DNA of 64,000 bases from the human T2T-CHM13v2.0 reference genome, Homo sapiens. Below the pieces are notes generated by a model that did not search any database, was not told where the DNA came from, and saw only the letters and a program-made list of their open reading frames with translations. Location of the stretch: assembly GCF_009914755.1 (NCBI RefSeq), contig NC_060937.1; one strand, given 5' to 3'. Shown here piece by piece: positions 25,874 to 38,360 of the stretch. Position 1 is the stretch's first letter. Each line of letters opens with the position of its first letter. Made by a program: the position numbers and the translations under genes.

Positions 25874-26060
25874 CAATGGTTTTCAAAGTATGTTCTCCAC
25901 ATCGACAACTTCATCCTCATCTGAGAAGCCCCTAGAAATTCAGATTCCTGGGCCTCATCCCAGAGCTGCTGGATCAGAAACTCTGGAGGGAGGCCCAGCA
26001 CTATGTGTTAACAAACCCTCTGGGAGATGCTGATGTGTACAGAAGTTTGAAAAGCATTAG
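25874..26060. mobile_element. MER5A hAT MITE
   Basis: It reads caatggttttcaaagt...cagattcctgggcctcatcccaga...gtttgaaaagcatt. Confidence 0.8.
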
Positions 26061-26769
26061 TCTGCAACAATTCAGCTTCAGCCACGAAATCACATTTGCC
26101 ATTCAGAAAACCCAAAGTCTTACCCTACAAAGCCCATCTACCTACAAATCTTAGAAGATGACATGGCAAGCATTTATTGTTACTCAAGCATGTGCTTTGG
26201 GGACCCCACACTTTACCCCTACCTTTGCCTCTGCTACCACTACTACCATTAACTCTCCCTGAAAGGAATCTTGTTAAATACAAAATCTTTTCTATTCTGT
26301 TCCATTTCCAGTGATATTTTAATGTCCATGAGGTATTGGTATCCTGACCCTGCTGGCCTTTTCTGGTTCTATGTGACAAAGTGGCAACTCTACTGGGCTG
26401 TTTGGAAATCTTCTAGAGTGGTAGTGGGGAGGATAGGGAGGAAGGTTTTTCTGCTTACACATCTGTTGGCTGGTTTGTTCACCACTATTTCCCTAAAAGT
26501 AGTTATAATTATAAATTTTGTAGTATAGTTACTGCTGTTTGGGGAAAACCGGAGACTTAGATCATAGAATGTGATATGGTTAAAGGGTCAAGTTTTATGT
26601 AGATAATGTTTTCATTTTAGTTTATGCCAAAATAAAGATTTTAATAAATAAATAATAAAATAATAATTAAATAAGTAAAATAAATTCTTGACAGATTACA
26701 TACTATACACTTGGAAGAAGAAGGAGGAGAAAGAAGAGGGCAAAAAGGGGAGAAAGAAGAGGAGATTAC

Positions 26770-27580
26770 ACATATAATGCTTTGGTTGGGCCAGGTACTA
26801 TACTGAATACTTTACATCTATTGTCTCCTGTAATTCTCAAGACAAATTTCTAGGGTAGGGCTTATTATTCTCCCTATTTTACAGAGGAGAAAGTTGAGGT
26901 ATTGAGAGATTAACAAACATGAGAAGGGTTCCATAGTCACATAATTACATAGCATTGAGGTGTGTGGTAGAGTAATGGGTGAGCTATAAGACCGGAATGA
27001 TTAGTTGGGATCAGGTTGTAAGGAGAATTGACAGCTATGTAAGGAGTTTCTAGTTCAAATTATGAGAATGGTACACTGGAGAGACACCTTGGAGATACTT
27101 TGAAGATAAAATTGATCTGACTTAACAATCAGATGGTAAGAAATGGGGGGAGTCTTTAGCTGAAGCAACTGCGTCTGATGGTGTCACTCAAGGAACAAAG
27201 GAGGAACGAGTTTAAGGGCAGAAGGAGCCGATGTGTTTAGTTCAATTACACCAAGTTTTGGGTGCCTGTGGGACACATGCAGGTAGAAACTTCCAGTTGG
27301 AAATATAGCTGAGGCTCAGAAGCCAGGTTAAGTCAGGAAGTATAGACTTAACAGCCATCAGCAGAGTGATTAAAAAGTCTGGCCCTCTGCAACGATGGAA
27401 GTGGTGCTATCACCGGGAAGAAAATGTAGAACAGGAAGGGAAATGGATCTTGTGGGAAATGACTAAATGGAAGAGGTAGAGAAAGACAAAGCTTTGAAAA
27501 TCATTATAAAATAGTGGCTAGAAGGTAGTAAGAAAATGAAAAGATGATAAAACTGAACATCAAGTGAGGTGATAATTTCC
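26770..27580 (-). mobile_element. MIR (~26770-26950) followed by an L2 fragment
   Basis: The MIR core reads attttacagaggagaaagttgagg. L2 motifs include gttttgggtgcctgtgggacac and cagccatcagcagagtg. Confidence 0.65.
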
Positions 27581-29204
27581 AGTGCCCCATCAAACCTATG
27601 ACTGTGTTGGGCTCATGGAACCTTGAGCAATGGAAGTGACACTGAAGTCCAGGCATCCATCTGTGACCAAAAACACCCTGCCTAATTCTGTAAATATTCT
27701 GAGGTCCTTTTACTACCTATATTGTTACTCTTCATCGGCAAGGTGCTGACCAAAGTAATATTGTAGAGCTACAAAATAATAATTATTAACATATTCATCC
27801 TAAATGAGCTAACAGATAGCTAATCCAAAATAATTCTGTAGTGAGAAACCCGAATTATGCAATCTTTAAATTCTATTCTATTATATCGTGCAGTGACAAA
27901 AAATGGTGGTTAATGGAAAATTGTCAAGTGAGACTTGCTGGAGAGGGCTGCTTTGGCGGACAAGAAAGCAAGAAATATCTTTGCTTTTGCAAACAGACAC
28001 CACTAGAAGATGTAAAGAATTTTTAGGTGCAGATTAAAGAGCCTCTTTGCAATCTCATTTACAGTTTTTCTTTACTTAGGAAATTCTTTTCCAAGGATAA
28101 TTCAAAGACTTTAGCCTCATTTTAAAAAACCATAATTTTTTGTTGGTTAGCCCAGATTGATGAAGTCATATGAAATTTTCTGCCTCATTGTGCCTGTATG
28201 ACATTTTTCCTACTCATTCCTTTTTTCCCCCCTTCCATAGCCTCCTCAATTCCTTCTTGCCACCCCTTCAGATTTAGACAGACCGTCTCTTCAATTCTGA
28301 TGGCAACATTTCACACTAAATAACTATATACCCTAGCGTTGCCTCTCACACGTCCAGGTGATTGGCAGATACTTGTTTAGAGGATTGGAAACAGCTAAAA
28401 GTGACATTCAAGGATTCAAAAGCAGCTTGGTTGGGAAATAAATCTTTGGCTGGGAAAAATGACTCTCTTTGCCAGACAATAGCCTTATAATTTATCATTT
28501 ATTGGAAAAGAAGGATGCATTTTGAGAATTGCATCAGACTAAAACTGATTACAGATATTAAGCAACATCTCTATGAGCCATTACTCACCGCGTATGTGAG
28601 AGCTGAGTGCCTCTGGAAGGCGGGAGCTGATGAGTCACTGAGTGTGCTATTGCACCATCATAATTGTTAGCATCATAAACAATGGTATATGACGGGGTAG
28701 AGCAGATTAAAGAGAATGAAGTGTCTTGTGCAGTTCCCTCTAGAAAGAAGAAACGAGACGTTATTTCACTGTGACGTTAACTATTGATTCAGGTTTTTGT
28801 TTGTTTGTAGCTCCTAGTGGTTATGATAACTCAGAAGCAGTATTCATGGCTTATTCATTTCGAAAGCCACCACAAGTGATGGTTTAAGCTGTTCCAACTT
28901 TGTGTTGTTGTTTTTGAAATAAAAGAAAGGCTTTTTCTTTTCAGTGTTAGAAAAAGGGAAGACATTCAAGAGAGCTGAACCAAGCGCTAAGTATCCTGAA
29001 GATCTAAGATCTAAGGACCCTGAAGACCTTAGATCTGGCTAAAAATTATACCAAGAAGCAAGTGCTGTTATAATTAGAGGGATAGGGCAACGCTGAGCAG
29101 TGAACTCACAGAGCACTCATCCATTCCTTTCTGACATTTGTCATTTTTTATCTATGTTGTATTTATTTAAGATCATGTTTTAGTTACATATTGTAACTAA
29201 AATA

Positions 29205-29295
29205 TCTCAAAACAGAGATTGTGTATAGTATTTCTCAAAACAGAGATTGTGTATAGTATAGAAATACTATAAATATCTCAAAACAGAGATTGTGT
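29205..29295. repeat. Three copies of TCTCAAAACAGAGATTGTGT inside an L2 3' end
   Basis: Exact 20-mers are at 29205-29224, 29233-29252 and 29276-29295. Confidence 0.95.
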
Positions 29296-30014
29296 CTTAA
29301 AAAGTTTTGCTCTCTCCTCAGAACCTAGCTCATTTGGTAACTTGTTATTGCTGAATAAAAACCAATTTATTGATAAATGAATGTCATGAGTCACTGTATT
29401 TATTACAACTCATCTCCATTTCCTTAATTCTGTGAAGATACAAAAGCTAGATTAGCCAGTGCTGCATAAGAGTAAACTAGGATGGTTCTCGGAATGGGCA
29501 CGCGTAATTGTTTATATTTCTTTCTACCAGTCTTTAATTTATATTATTTAAAGAAGTGCTGATACTTAATAGCAAACGTATCTTTTGGAAAGAGTTTTAC
29601 TTTAGATGAAAAAAGTACACCTTCTGGAGAAAACATTTTAATGTCATGCCTTTCAGGCACCCACACCTTCCTCTTCAGAATATGAGGCAGTAATTATGAC
29701 TACATAATTCCCTCTGGGGAAGCTAATTAAATGTGGATATTTGCTAAGGAAAAATAGAGAGCCTATGAGTATAAACTCTGCAAATGCAAATATATAAAGG
29801 ATCACAAATTCACACTAGTGCATTCTGTTAGACAAACATTTCTGCAAACAGCAAGGCTAGCCCTTGAAAAAAACTGTGGAACAGCCAGAGGACAGCTTGA
29901 AGATCCCTAAAATCTTCTTTCTGGACACCTCCTCACTACACCATAATCATCTCTGGTTATACTTATGTTCTTTCTTAACTTTTCCATATTAAAAACCTGC
30001 TATATTATTATATA

Positions 30015-30350
30015 GTATTAACTAGTATGACAGTGACTTTCAGTAACAGTGGTTAAACAATCAGAAATTTATTTCTAGTCCAAAAGCCAAAACTGGAGCT
30101 GCAGCTCTGCTCTGTGAAGCTGTCAGGAGCCCAGGCTCCTTCTGCCTTGTTGCTGTGATATCCCTAGAGTGTTCTCATTATTGGTCTGTTGGTCTCATCA
30201 AAATGGCTCCCTACCCTATCGGCATTCCAGCTAGTGGGAAGGATGGAAAAGAGTTAGCAGAGGGAACTCGGAATTCTCCTTTTCTTTAAGAGCAGGACTT
30301 GCAAGCTTCACGCATCACTGACTTTCTTACTCCATTGGCTAGTCACATGA
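30015..30350 (-). mobile_element. MLT1J/K-like LTR fragment
   Basis: It contains taacagtggttaaacaatcagaaatttatttc, ggagcccaggctccttctgcc and ccattggctagtcacatg. Confidence 0.6.
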
Positions 30351-32850
30351 TTTTCCTTAATAGAAATATCCTTTTAAATATAGATCTAAGCTCACAAAAA
30401 TGGAAGGGAAATTCCTCATGGACAAGTTGAAAAATAAACTGTGCAAGCAGAGGGGTAAACAAAAGCAAAACTGTAAGAGCACTGTGGGCATTAGTGGATC
30501 TTGCTGTCAAGATACTTAAGAGCGACATGAAGGACAGGAGACAAGACCTAGGCCCATGCAATGTGAGTAGCTGGGAGTGACACTCCACATCCAGCTGGGA
30601 ACCTGAAAGGGTTATAATCTTGATGAAGGCACGTACTAGAAAATGATCCACCTAGGCTCTAGATGCGGGGGGGTGGTGGGGAAGGCTTCATTGGACATTA
30701 GTAATAAAGGCTTTCCCTCAGATAGATCTGGGATTCAAATTCATATTACCTACAAGATCCCAAGCCAAGATACCTAGTTCAAGGGGTGCTGGGTTGATAG
30801 GACCTTGTGACCACTTTAACCCTTTCTGGAGAGACCCACCCTCTATGCAGGCTTCACAAAATCTTCATAGATAAATTAAATGATTGTCAACCAAATACTT
30901 ACCATATTAAATTTTCATTCAGACATGAGGGCAAAATAAAGATATTTTTAAACAAAAAAGTACAAGTTACTTCCCGTAGACTTTTGCTAAATGGACATCT
31001 AAAAGACATATTTCAAGGAAAAGAAAACCACTCCCCCCACCCCCAAAGGCAGATGTAAGAGGAAATATTGAGAAAATAAAGAGGTAAACATGTAGGTAAG
31101 TCAAGAAATGCTGACTATATAAAAATAAATAATACAGTCCAGTTTGTTGTACAAAGGTACAAAAAGTACAAAATTGCAAGGTAGAACAAAAACACCACAG
31201 AAAAATAACATGCAAGATGTGGAAAAAGATGATTTGATTTAAAGTGTCCCAATTCCATGTATTGTCCTAGAAGAGGGTAGACAAATTGCTTAACTTGAAA
31301 CTCTTAAAAAGTAAAATATACACATTAAAATTTAAAATTATTCCATTAAGAAAATAGACCTATATTGCGTAACTTGTGACCAGTGTAAAGAAGCGTAACA
31401 AAACCCTAATCAATCCAAAGAGGGAACAAAGGAAGAAAAAGTAAAGAAAGTGGAGGAGCACAGACAATTCAGAGCACATAGCACAGGATAAAACGGTAGA
31501 AATTGGTCAAACAATCAGAAGCATACTAACCTCACCAGTTACACAACAGAGATTATCTGCTTGTAATTTCAAAAACCCATATGTAGCCCATCACCAGACA
31601 AACACCTAAATAAGACACACAATGCTTGGATATAAACCAGGAATTAAGCAGACAAAAAATTAGTAAAGATATTTAAAAAAAATATTTGACCTAATACATC
31701 ACAGATTGGAATTTGAAGTCCATAAATTGATCGTAAACATTCTTTCCGAATATATGTGGAAAAATTCTAAATATTATCCATATACTAGGTCATAAAGCAA
31801 TTCTCATCAAATTTCAAAGAATTACAATCATGATCATGATGATTTTTAATTAGATTTTAAAAATCAAGAGCAATGACAAAAACTTAAAACTTTATAATTT
31901 GGAAATTCTAAAACTTGATATTGGGAGACAATTCTCTATGGGTCTCTTTTGTTTCTTTGTGTCTTGAGAGCATAGGCACTGACTGCCTTTCTTCTGGAAT
32001 ATCTTTTCATGGATATTTGCATAGTGAAAAGCAGCCTTGGAAAATATAGCATCTCCCTCCAGAGCAAAGGCCAAGTTGTTTATATTATGGCACAATAAAA
32101 TAAGGAAAATGCCTTTCTTTGAGGCAAAGATTCAGCGGCCCAATACAAAATATTTGGGTTTTTTAAGCTCAGGGTTCCACGGCTGTAATGTAACCCACTG
32201 CATATGGAGGCATCACCTGGCCCTTTTTGTATTGGCCTAAGAGAATTGGGGTTCAGGGAACTGGCTCAATTGCAGATATTCTGGATACAATTACTGCTGT
32301 GAATAATAAGCCCTCCTTTGTCTCTGACCCAGGCGTCTCATGGCTTTTGCCAGCATCTAGCATTCTAGCAGACTAGCTCATAAGCTTGTAAGTAGGATGA
32401 AATCTCAGACCCTTCACTGTTCTTGACAAATGCTTTTAAATAACCATGTGTATTAAGAAATGAAATTTGAAAATACTTATATCTAAATGATAGCAAAATC
32501 TTCCAGGAGGAAGCAAAAGTAATGTTTAAAGGAATACGTACAGACAATGCTGGTAGCAGAAAAGGAAAAGCAGAAACTAAATGAGCTAGGTGCTCATATC
32601 AAGAAGTCACGTTATAAAAGAATAAAACCAAAGGAAATACAATAAAAATTATTTTCAAATAACAGCACAAATGATTTAAAACAGAAAACAAATGGAGAAG
32701 ATCAGCAAAACAAAAACAGTTCTCTGGAAAGATTAATATAATAGCCAAATTTCTGATAAGACTGATCAAGAAAAATCAGAGACATAACAAATAAAAAGTG
32801 TAACTATTAGAAATGGAAAAGGGGACATACTATGCTGATATAAATCAAAG
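30350..32850 (+). mobile_element. Old L1M/HAL1-type LINE relic (ORF1/ORF2 region), interrupted by LTR40
   Basis: The sense strand is A-rich with L1-like motifs: gagggcaaaataaagatatttt, ggtcataaagcaattctc and gactgatcaagaaaaatcagag. Confidence 0.65.
31919..32428 (+). mobile_element. LTR40-type ERVL solo LTR
   Basis: It starts TATTGGGAGACAATTCTCTATGGGTCTC and ends TCTCAGACCCTTCACTGTTCTTGACA. Confidence 0.75.
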
Positions 32851-33699
32851 CAATGTCTTTGATGCTGGAACTTTAAGAACTGGTGATAGACTCCTTGGAT
32901 CATAGAGAGAAGATTTCTTTCTGGCAGAAGTTTTTGCTTCCTGTCTCACTTCACAGCCAATGAATGATTGCCTATTCACAGGCCAAATGTCATTATACCA
33001 AATGACTAAAGCTGAGGAGTGTGTAAGATTAATTCTACAAAAAAGTTTATAAAAGGCAAGTTGGATCTTAATAAAGAATTAGCAAACGTGAAACTAAATA
33101 TAAAACACAGTGCCATAAAAAGACATTACTTCCAACATCTTTCATCATCCTAGCCATTATTCAAGGTCCTTTACAAAGGCCATCTACTTCATCCTGCTGT
33201 CTTTGATTCTTTTCTGTTAGATATAATCTTTTCCTTCTGTGACGATCTGTAGCATTTCATGCTTGGTTTATGAGTCTAAAGCAATATTTTCACCTTCATG
33301 CTTACAATATTCTAAGCTTTCTACAAGGATGGACTGGGTCTTATTTACCTAAGTAATTCTAGTAAATAATAGTAATAGTAATAGCAAATAAACTACCAAC
33401 AGCTAAGCATGGTCAAAACTTCACTTGATAGGTGGTCAATAAGTACAATGGAATTGAGTCACTAAAACTAAACAGCACTAGCTCTTTTATAGGAACTCTG
33501 GGATCCCGGAAGTGAAAAAGTGTTAGAGCAGGAGCAGTCTCTAAAGTATACTTTATTCTACTGTCTAAACAATGCAGAGAATCACATTGATACTATCTCT
33601 GATGTCAGAACCCTTTTTGGGAACTTACCATGATGGGAACATACATGGCCATTTTAAGGTTGGTCGGCACATCCCATCTGAGAATATTCCTACTCGTGT

Positions 33700-34022
33700 T
33701 GGAATATCATTACCTATCCTCAAGTCATAATTCTGCTTTAAAAAAAAAACTGTACTCAAATGTCACTTCCTCTAAAATGCCTTCCACAACCAGGTCTGGT
33801 TTAGATGTCCTGCCATGTGCTTCTATAACAAATTTAATATCTGCTTACCACATTGTATTGTAATTGCATTACATTGTAATTTACTTGTCTGTCTATGCCA
33901 GTAGATGATACACTCTTGGGGTGCCTACATTATATATCATTCACTTTGTATTTCCAGCACCCAGCACCGTACCTGGACAAAATAACCATTCATAAAAAGT
34001 TCCTTGAATTGTAGAATGAATG
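33700..34022 (+). mobile_element. L2 3' end
   Basis: It reads ctcaaatgtcacttcctctaaaatgccttcc...cccagcaccgtacctggac. Confidence 0.7.
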
Positions 34023-34347
34023 ATTTGGAAGTCTGCTGTGCTGAAAAGTTTTGGATTTATTCTTCGTGGGAATGTGGTTTCAGAAACTTCTAATCTAAAC
34101 TGCTTCTTGTTTGTCTCTAAGAGTTTGATTTGTATGATGTGTCCTCTATATAAGGTTCTGATGTAGGCAAGGACTGTTTCTGATAATATAGATTTTCTAT
34201 TTTGCTGTTGTGATATGAGCTGTGCATGGGTATTTTCACATACGGTAGTCCTGTGCAATGTACTCATCTTTAATTTGCTCCCTGGGTACTACATTCTAGG
34301 GTTTCCAGTGCCTCAAAACAGGCCTCCAGTCTGTGCAGAAGGGTTGG

Positions 34348-34802
34348 TGTATTAGCTTCCTGTGGCTGCTACATCAAATGACCACAAACTGAGTGGCTTA
34401 AAGCAACAGACATGTATTCTCTCACAGTTCTGAAGGCTAGAAGTCCAAAATCAAGTCACTAGCAGGGCCACAGTCTCCAGAGACTCTAGGGGACAATCCT
34501 TCCTTGCCTCTTCCAGCTTCTGGTGACTGTCAGCATTTCTTGGCTTGTGGCAGCATCACTCTCATCTCTGACTTTGTCTTCACACGGCCTTCTCTTCTCT
34601 CTGTATCTTCCTTCTTCTCTTATAAGGACACGTCGCATTGGCTTTAAGGCCCACTTGGATAATGTAGAAAGATCTCATCTGGAGATGATTAACTTAATTA
34701 TGTCTGCAAAGACCACTGTTTCCAAATAAGGTACCATTTACAAGCTTGAAGTTTTAGATAATGTGCATATCTTTTGGAGGAGCCACCATTTAACCCATTG
34801 CA
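34348..34802 (-). mobile_element. MLT1C-like MaLR LTR
   Basis: It reads tgtattagcttcctgtggctgct...ccacaaactgagtggcttaaagcaacag...ccatttaacccattgca. Confidence 0.85.
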
Positions 34803-35608
34803 ATTGATAACTATAGGTCTGATTTCCAAGTAGCATTGTCTACCAGCCTGGCAGTGCAGAAGTGCTGAATAGTATCGAACATCTTTTTATAAACTCATGA
34901 TATAAGCAGTATTTTATCTAACTTTCATCTTCCCAGTATCTTCTAGTGATCTTTAAAAAATTATTTTTGGTTATTAAGACTTGAAAAATATAAATGGATT
35001 CTAAATTCCTGAGGGAAATGGTAATAAATTTGGGGGGATATAAGTCGTATTTCTATTTTTAAACAATTATTTTAGAATTCTGGTATTCAATACAATTACT
35101 TTTCATTGTATTGACCCAAGAGCCTACAAATATATAGTGAGGTGATTTCCTTTTGCAAAGTCAGATATTGTGCTCTGAGTGCTTTGAGAAATCACCTGAT
35201 TTTGATGAAATAATTTAATTTAAATGTTGTCATCAGGAATGAAGAATTTTCTCCATTTTTAAATAAGGGAATTGATGCTTTGGACATGACGTTTTACTTC
35301 CCATAAGAGAACAATATCTATTGTTAGGTAGAAATGTTTTTGTTCTTTTTTCCCCCCAGCAAAGAAATTGCTACTATACATTTTTAGAAACCAGGTCAAT
35401 TTTTTTTTCAACTTCAATGTTAAAGGACTGCGTAGGGAAAACAAAGTTAGAGTCATGAGTAATCTATGGATCAAGGAACACAACAGGCTAAAGTATACAT
35501 TCAGTAAGATGTGACCTTCACTTTTAAAAATATATATACATTTTCCTAATTTAGAAGTCAAAGATGAGTTTGGGGAAAATTTTTAAAATGTAAAAAGCTA
35601 TACAGCTT

Positions 35609-35891
35609 GGCTGGGCCAGGTGGCTCACATCCATAATCTCAGCACTTTGGGAGTCTGAAGCAGGCGGATTGCTTGAGGTCAGGAGTTTGAGACCAGCCTG
35701 GCCAACATGGGCAAACTCCATCTCTACTATATTAGCTGGGTGTGGTGGCGCGGGCCTGTAGTCCCACCTACTCAGGAGGCTGAGGCAAGAGCATCACTTG
35801 AACCAGGGAGGCAGAGTTTGCAGTGGGCTGAGATTGCGCTACTACACTCCAGCCTGGGTGACAGAGTGAGACTGTCTCAAAAAAAAAAAAA
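35609..35891 (+). mobile_element. AluS/J with a shortened linker; degenerate TSD AAAAGCT(A/T)TACA(G/A)CTT
   Basis: A full dimeric Alu with a poly(A) tail and flanking near-direct repeats. Confidence 0.93.
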
Positions 35892-38149
35892 GCTTTACAA
35901 CTTAATGTAACATATAAAGTGAGATTTGATTATAGTGATTGGTATATGTCCCATTTCATATAGGTACATTTCTGATCAATTTTTATTAATAGATCCATTT
36001 TTTATTGAAACTGGTAACCTTAGTGAATGTGAGTATAGGTATGAAGGAATGCTTGAAAACATGTGTCTGAGATGAATTTATAGCTTGGCCTTAGTGTGTA
36101 CACAATGGCCCCAGTCTGTGGCTATATCATGCCATCTTAAAGGGGTACTGCAGATTGTTGGCAACCTGATTAATTGCTGGTTGAATTGAATACTTGCTTC
36201 ATCATGCAGCACATTACAAAAGTAATAACTATTTGCCTTTTCCCTGGAATGCCAACTTTTTCTTATTGCAGGGAGTCAACCTTCTGAGACTTTTTCCTCT
36301 TTTAGGGGTTAGTTCATATTTAGGTGAAAAATCACATTCAGAATTATCACATAAGATTGCCTTGGCCTCATCTCTATCTTCATCAAAATCTTGAAGTAAT
36401 ACAATTTGGGATAGAAGAATATTTGAGAGGACATTCTTACCTGTAGATCTCACCAGTCTCTTCTGAGATGTCCAAGTAATGTACCCACCCTAGCCTCTCT
36501 TCTGAGTGTCTCTTTTAATATGGGTCACCATGTTTTATTCTATGTCCTTGCTCCTTTTGCCTCAGCAGACTAGACCAGGGCTAGGTCTCTACCATCTGTG
36601 AGCTGGCTGAGGGGGACCCTCCGGGTGCCTGGCACAACAGCTTTGCACAACAACTTGCCATATGCATAAGAGCTAGCAGGCTTGGACAGGGTCTTTTCAG
36701 GGGAGTTTGAATGAAACACCTATGAAGTCAGCAGGGTGCAGAGTGACTCAGGCTTGGAGAGACAAAACATGAAGACAGTGTGCAGAGGCTGTGAAGCACC
36801 AGAGCCCTGAGAAAGCAGAAAGTATGAAGAGTAGGAAGCATGGAGAGTAGAAGGGGAAGAGAAGAAGAAAGTTGATATAAAAGTAGCAAAAAGAAGCAGT
36901 TGAATAAAAAGCAGCGCAGGAACTGAAACATAAGCTTGGCCCAGAAAAAAAAAAAAAAATCTGTTTATGCCCTTAAGCTATTGACAAACTATCAGAGCTG
37001 GTGTCGTAAGCGGCATGCTATGAACAGTGCCGCAATTCTCTGTGACCCCTAACTCTGTGCTTTGGAGAGAGCATCCTGTTTTTCATACTTTTCTTCGTAT
37101 TCCCTTAACTAAAGGAACCCGCACCCGTTTCTATTTTTTGCATCTGAAAGAGCCTAACAAACACAATATCCTCAAGATGAAGCAAAGAACTGAGAAAAAA
37201 ATGAAAATTAAAATATAAAGTCATAATTCTGACATTGAAACATAATCATTTAATGGTATTTTCATTCAAAGCACTGTATGGCAAGCAATGTGCTTTGATG
37301 TTTCACATAAGGGCAAAAGACATACTCTGGAAACAGCAGCTGTAAAAGCCAGAAAACTTATTTTAATTCTGGGTTTGAGTCACAAGTGGCTACTTCTGGA
37401 GTTGGAGTACCCAGAAGGTAATTAGATTGTTTGTCCATGTACCTTTCAGATGAACAGGATTGCTACCTTTAGAAGTAAAAGCAACAGAAGAGGGTTGTCC
37501 CTAGAACCTTACTTTGTTTCCTAAGGAAGACATTTACTTGCTGTATTATAAAATTAATATTATTTTGTCCCTGCTGGGTAGTCAAGAGCAATTTGTGGGT
37601 GATTGTCGGTCTGATGTCTCAGGATCAGCGTTTCTTATTACCTCAGATGTAATGGAGAAGAAGAAACGTTGTGTTGCTTTCCTAGTACGCTAAGGTTTCC
37701 TCTCTTATGAATCTAACCTCTGATAGTGCCAATATTTGAACAATGTAAGTTCACATTTTGTGTTCCCCTTTATATTTTCGTTTTCTTTTAATCAGGCTCT
37801 TTTCTTCTCAGGCAAAAAACATGGCTTTATGGTCTTGCTTAGTTGAGTTTTCCTTAGCAGTTGAAAGAAATTATTTGAATTTACTAACTAAATTTGGAAC
37901 AAACTGCATTTCTGTGGCAATGAATGGGTTATCTATCCCTAGAGGGGTGGAATATCTTCTCCATTAAGAATTATTCCATTTTTTGTGTGCATGCTTTACT
38001 GCATTTTAGGGGTAAAACAACTGCACTGTTTTCTGTGGTGAGCCTATAGCTAGCAAGTATTGATCCCTGGAACTTATCATAAAAACCAAGGCTAGAGAAT
38101 GCTAACAGTCACAAATATTTATTCACAATTTAATCATTTTCAATGACAA

Positions 38150-38360
38150 TTTCTGATAAGGATGTAAGATTTGAAATGAGAAGACATGGGCTGAACTTCC
38201 AGCTCTATTATTTCCTGGAAATGTGGCCTTGTGCAGTCCCTGAACAGCTCAGCTCCCCTGTAGGGAGTTGGCAATACCTACCTTATCTCCCAGGGAGGCT
38301 AGCTGTGAAGCTCCAAGGACAGAACCTTATGGAAAGTGCTGTGCAAATGAAAATCCCTCT
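38150..38360 (+). mobile_element. MIR SINE (degenerate)
   Basis: It contains agacatgggctgaacttccagctcta...tgtggccttgtgcagtc. Confidence 0.55.

Noticed and set aside
29201-29297. CRISPR-like repeat-spacer array
   Set aside because: The DNA is primate, there are only three repeats, the spacers are 8 and 23 bp and derive from the repeat junction itself, and there are no cas genes.
36229-36453. Acidic ORF (DFDEDRDEAKAILCDNSECDFSPKYEL) as an exon or transposase fragment
   Set aside because: I find no recognisable homology, and the nearby splice-like sites would imply an implausibly short ~50-nt intron.
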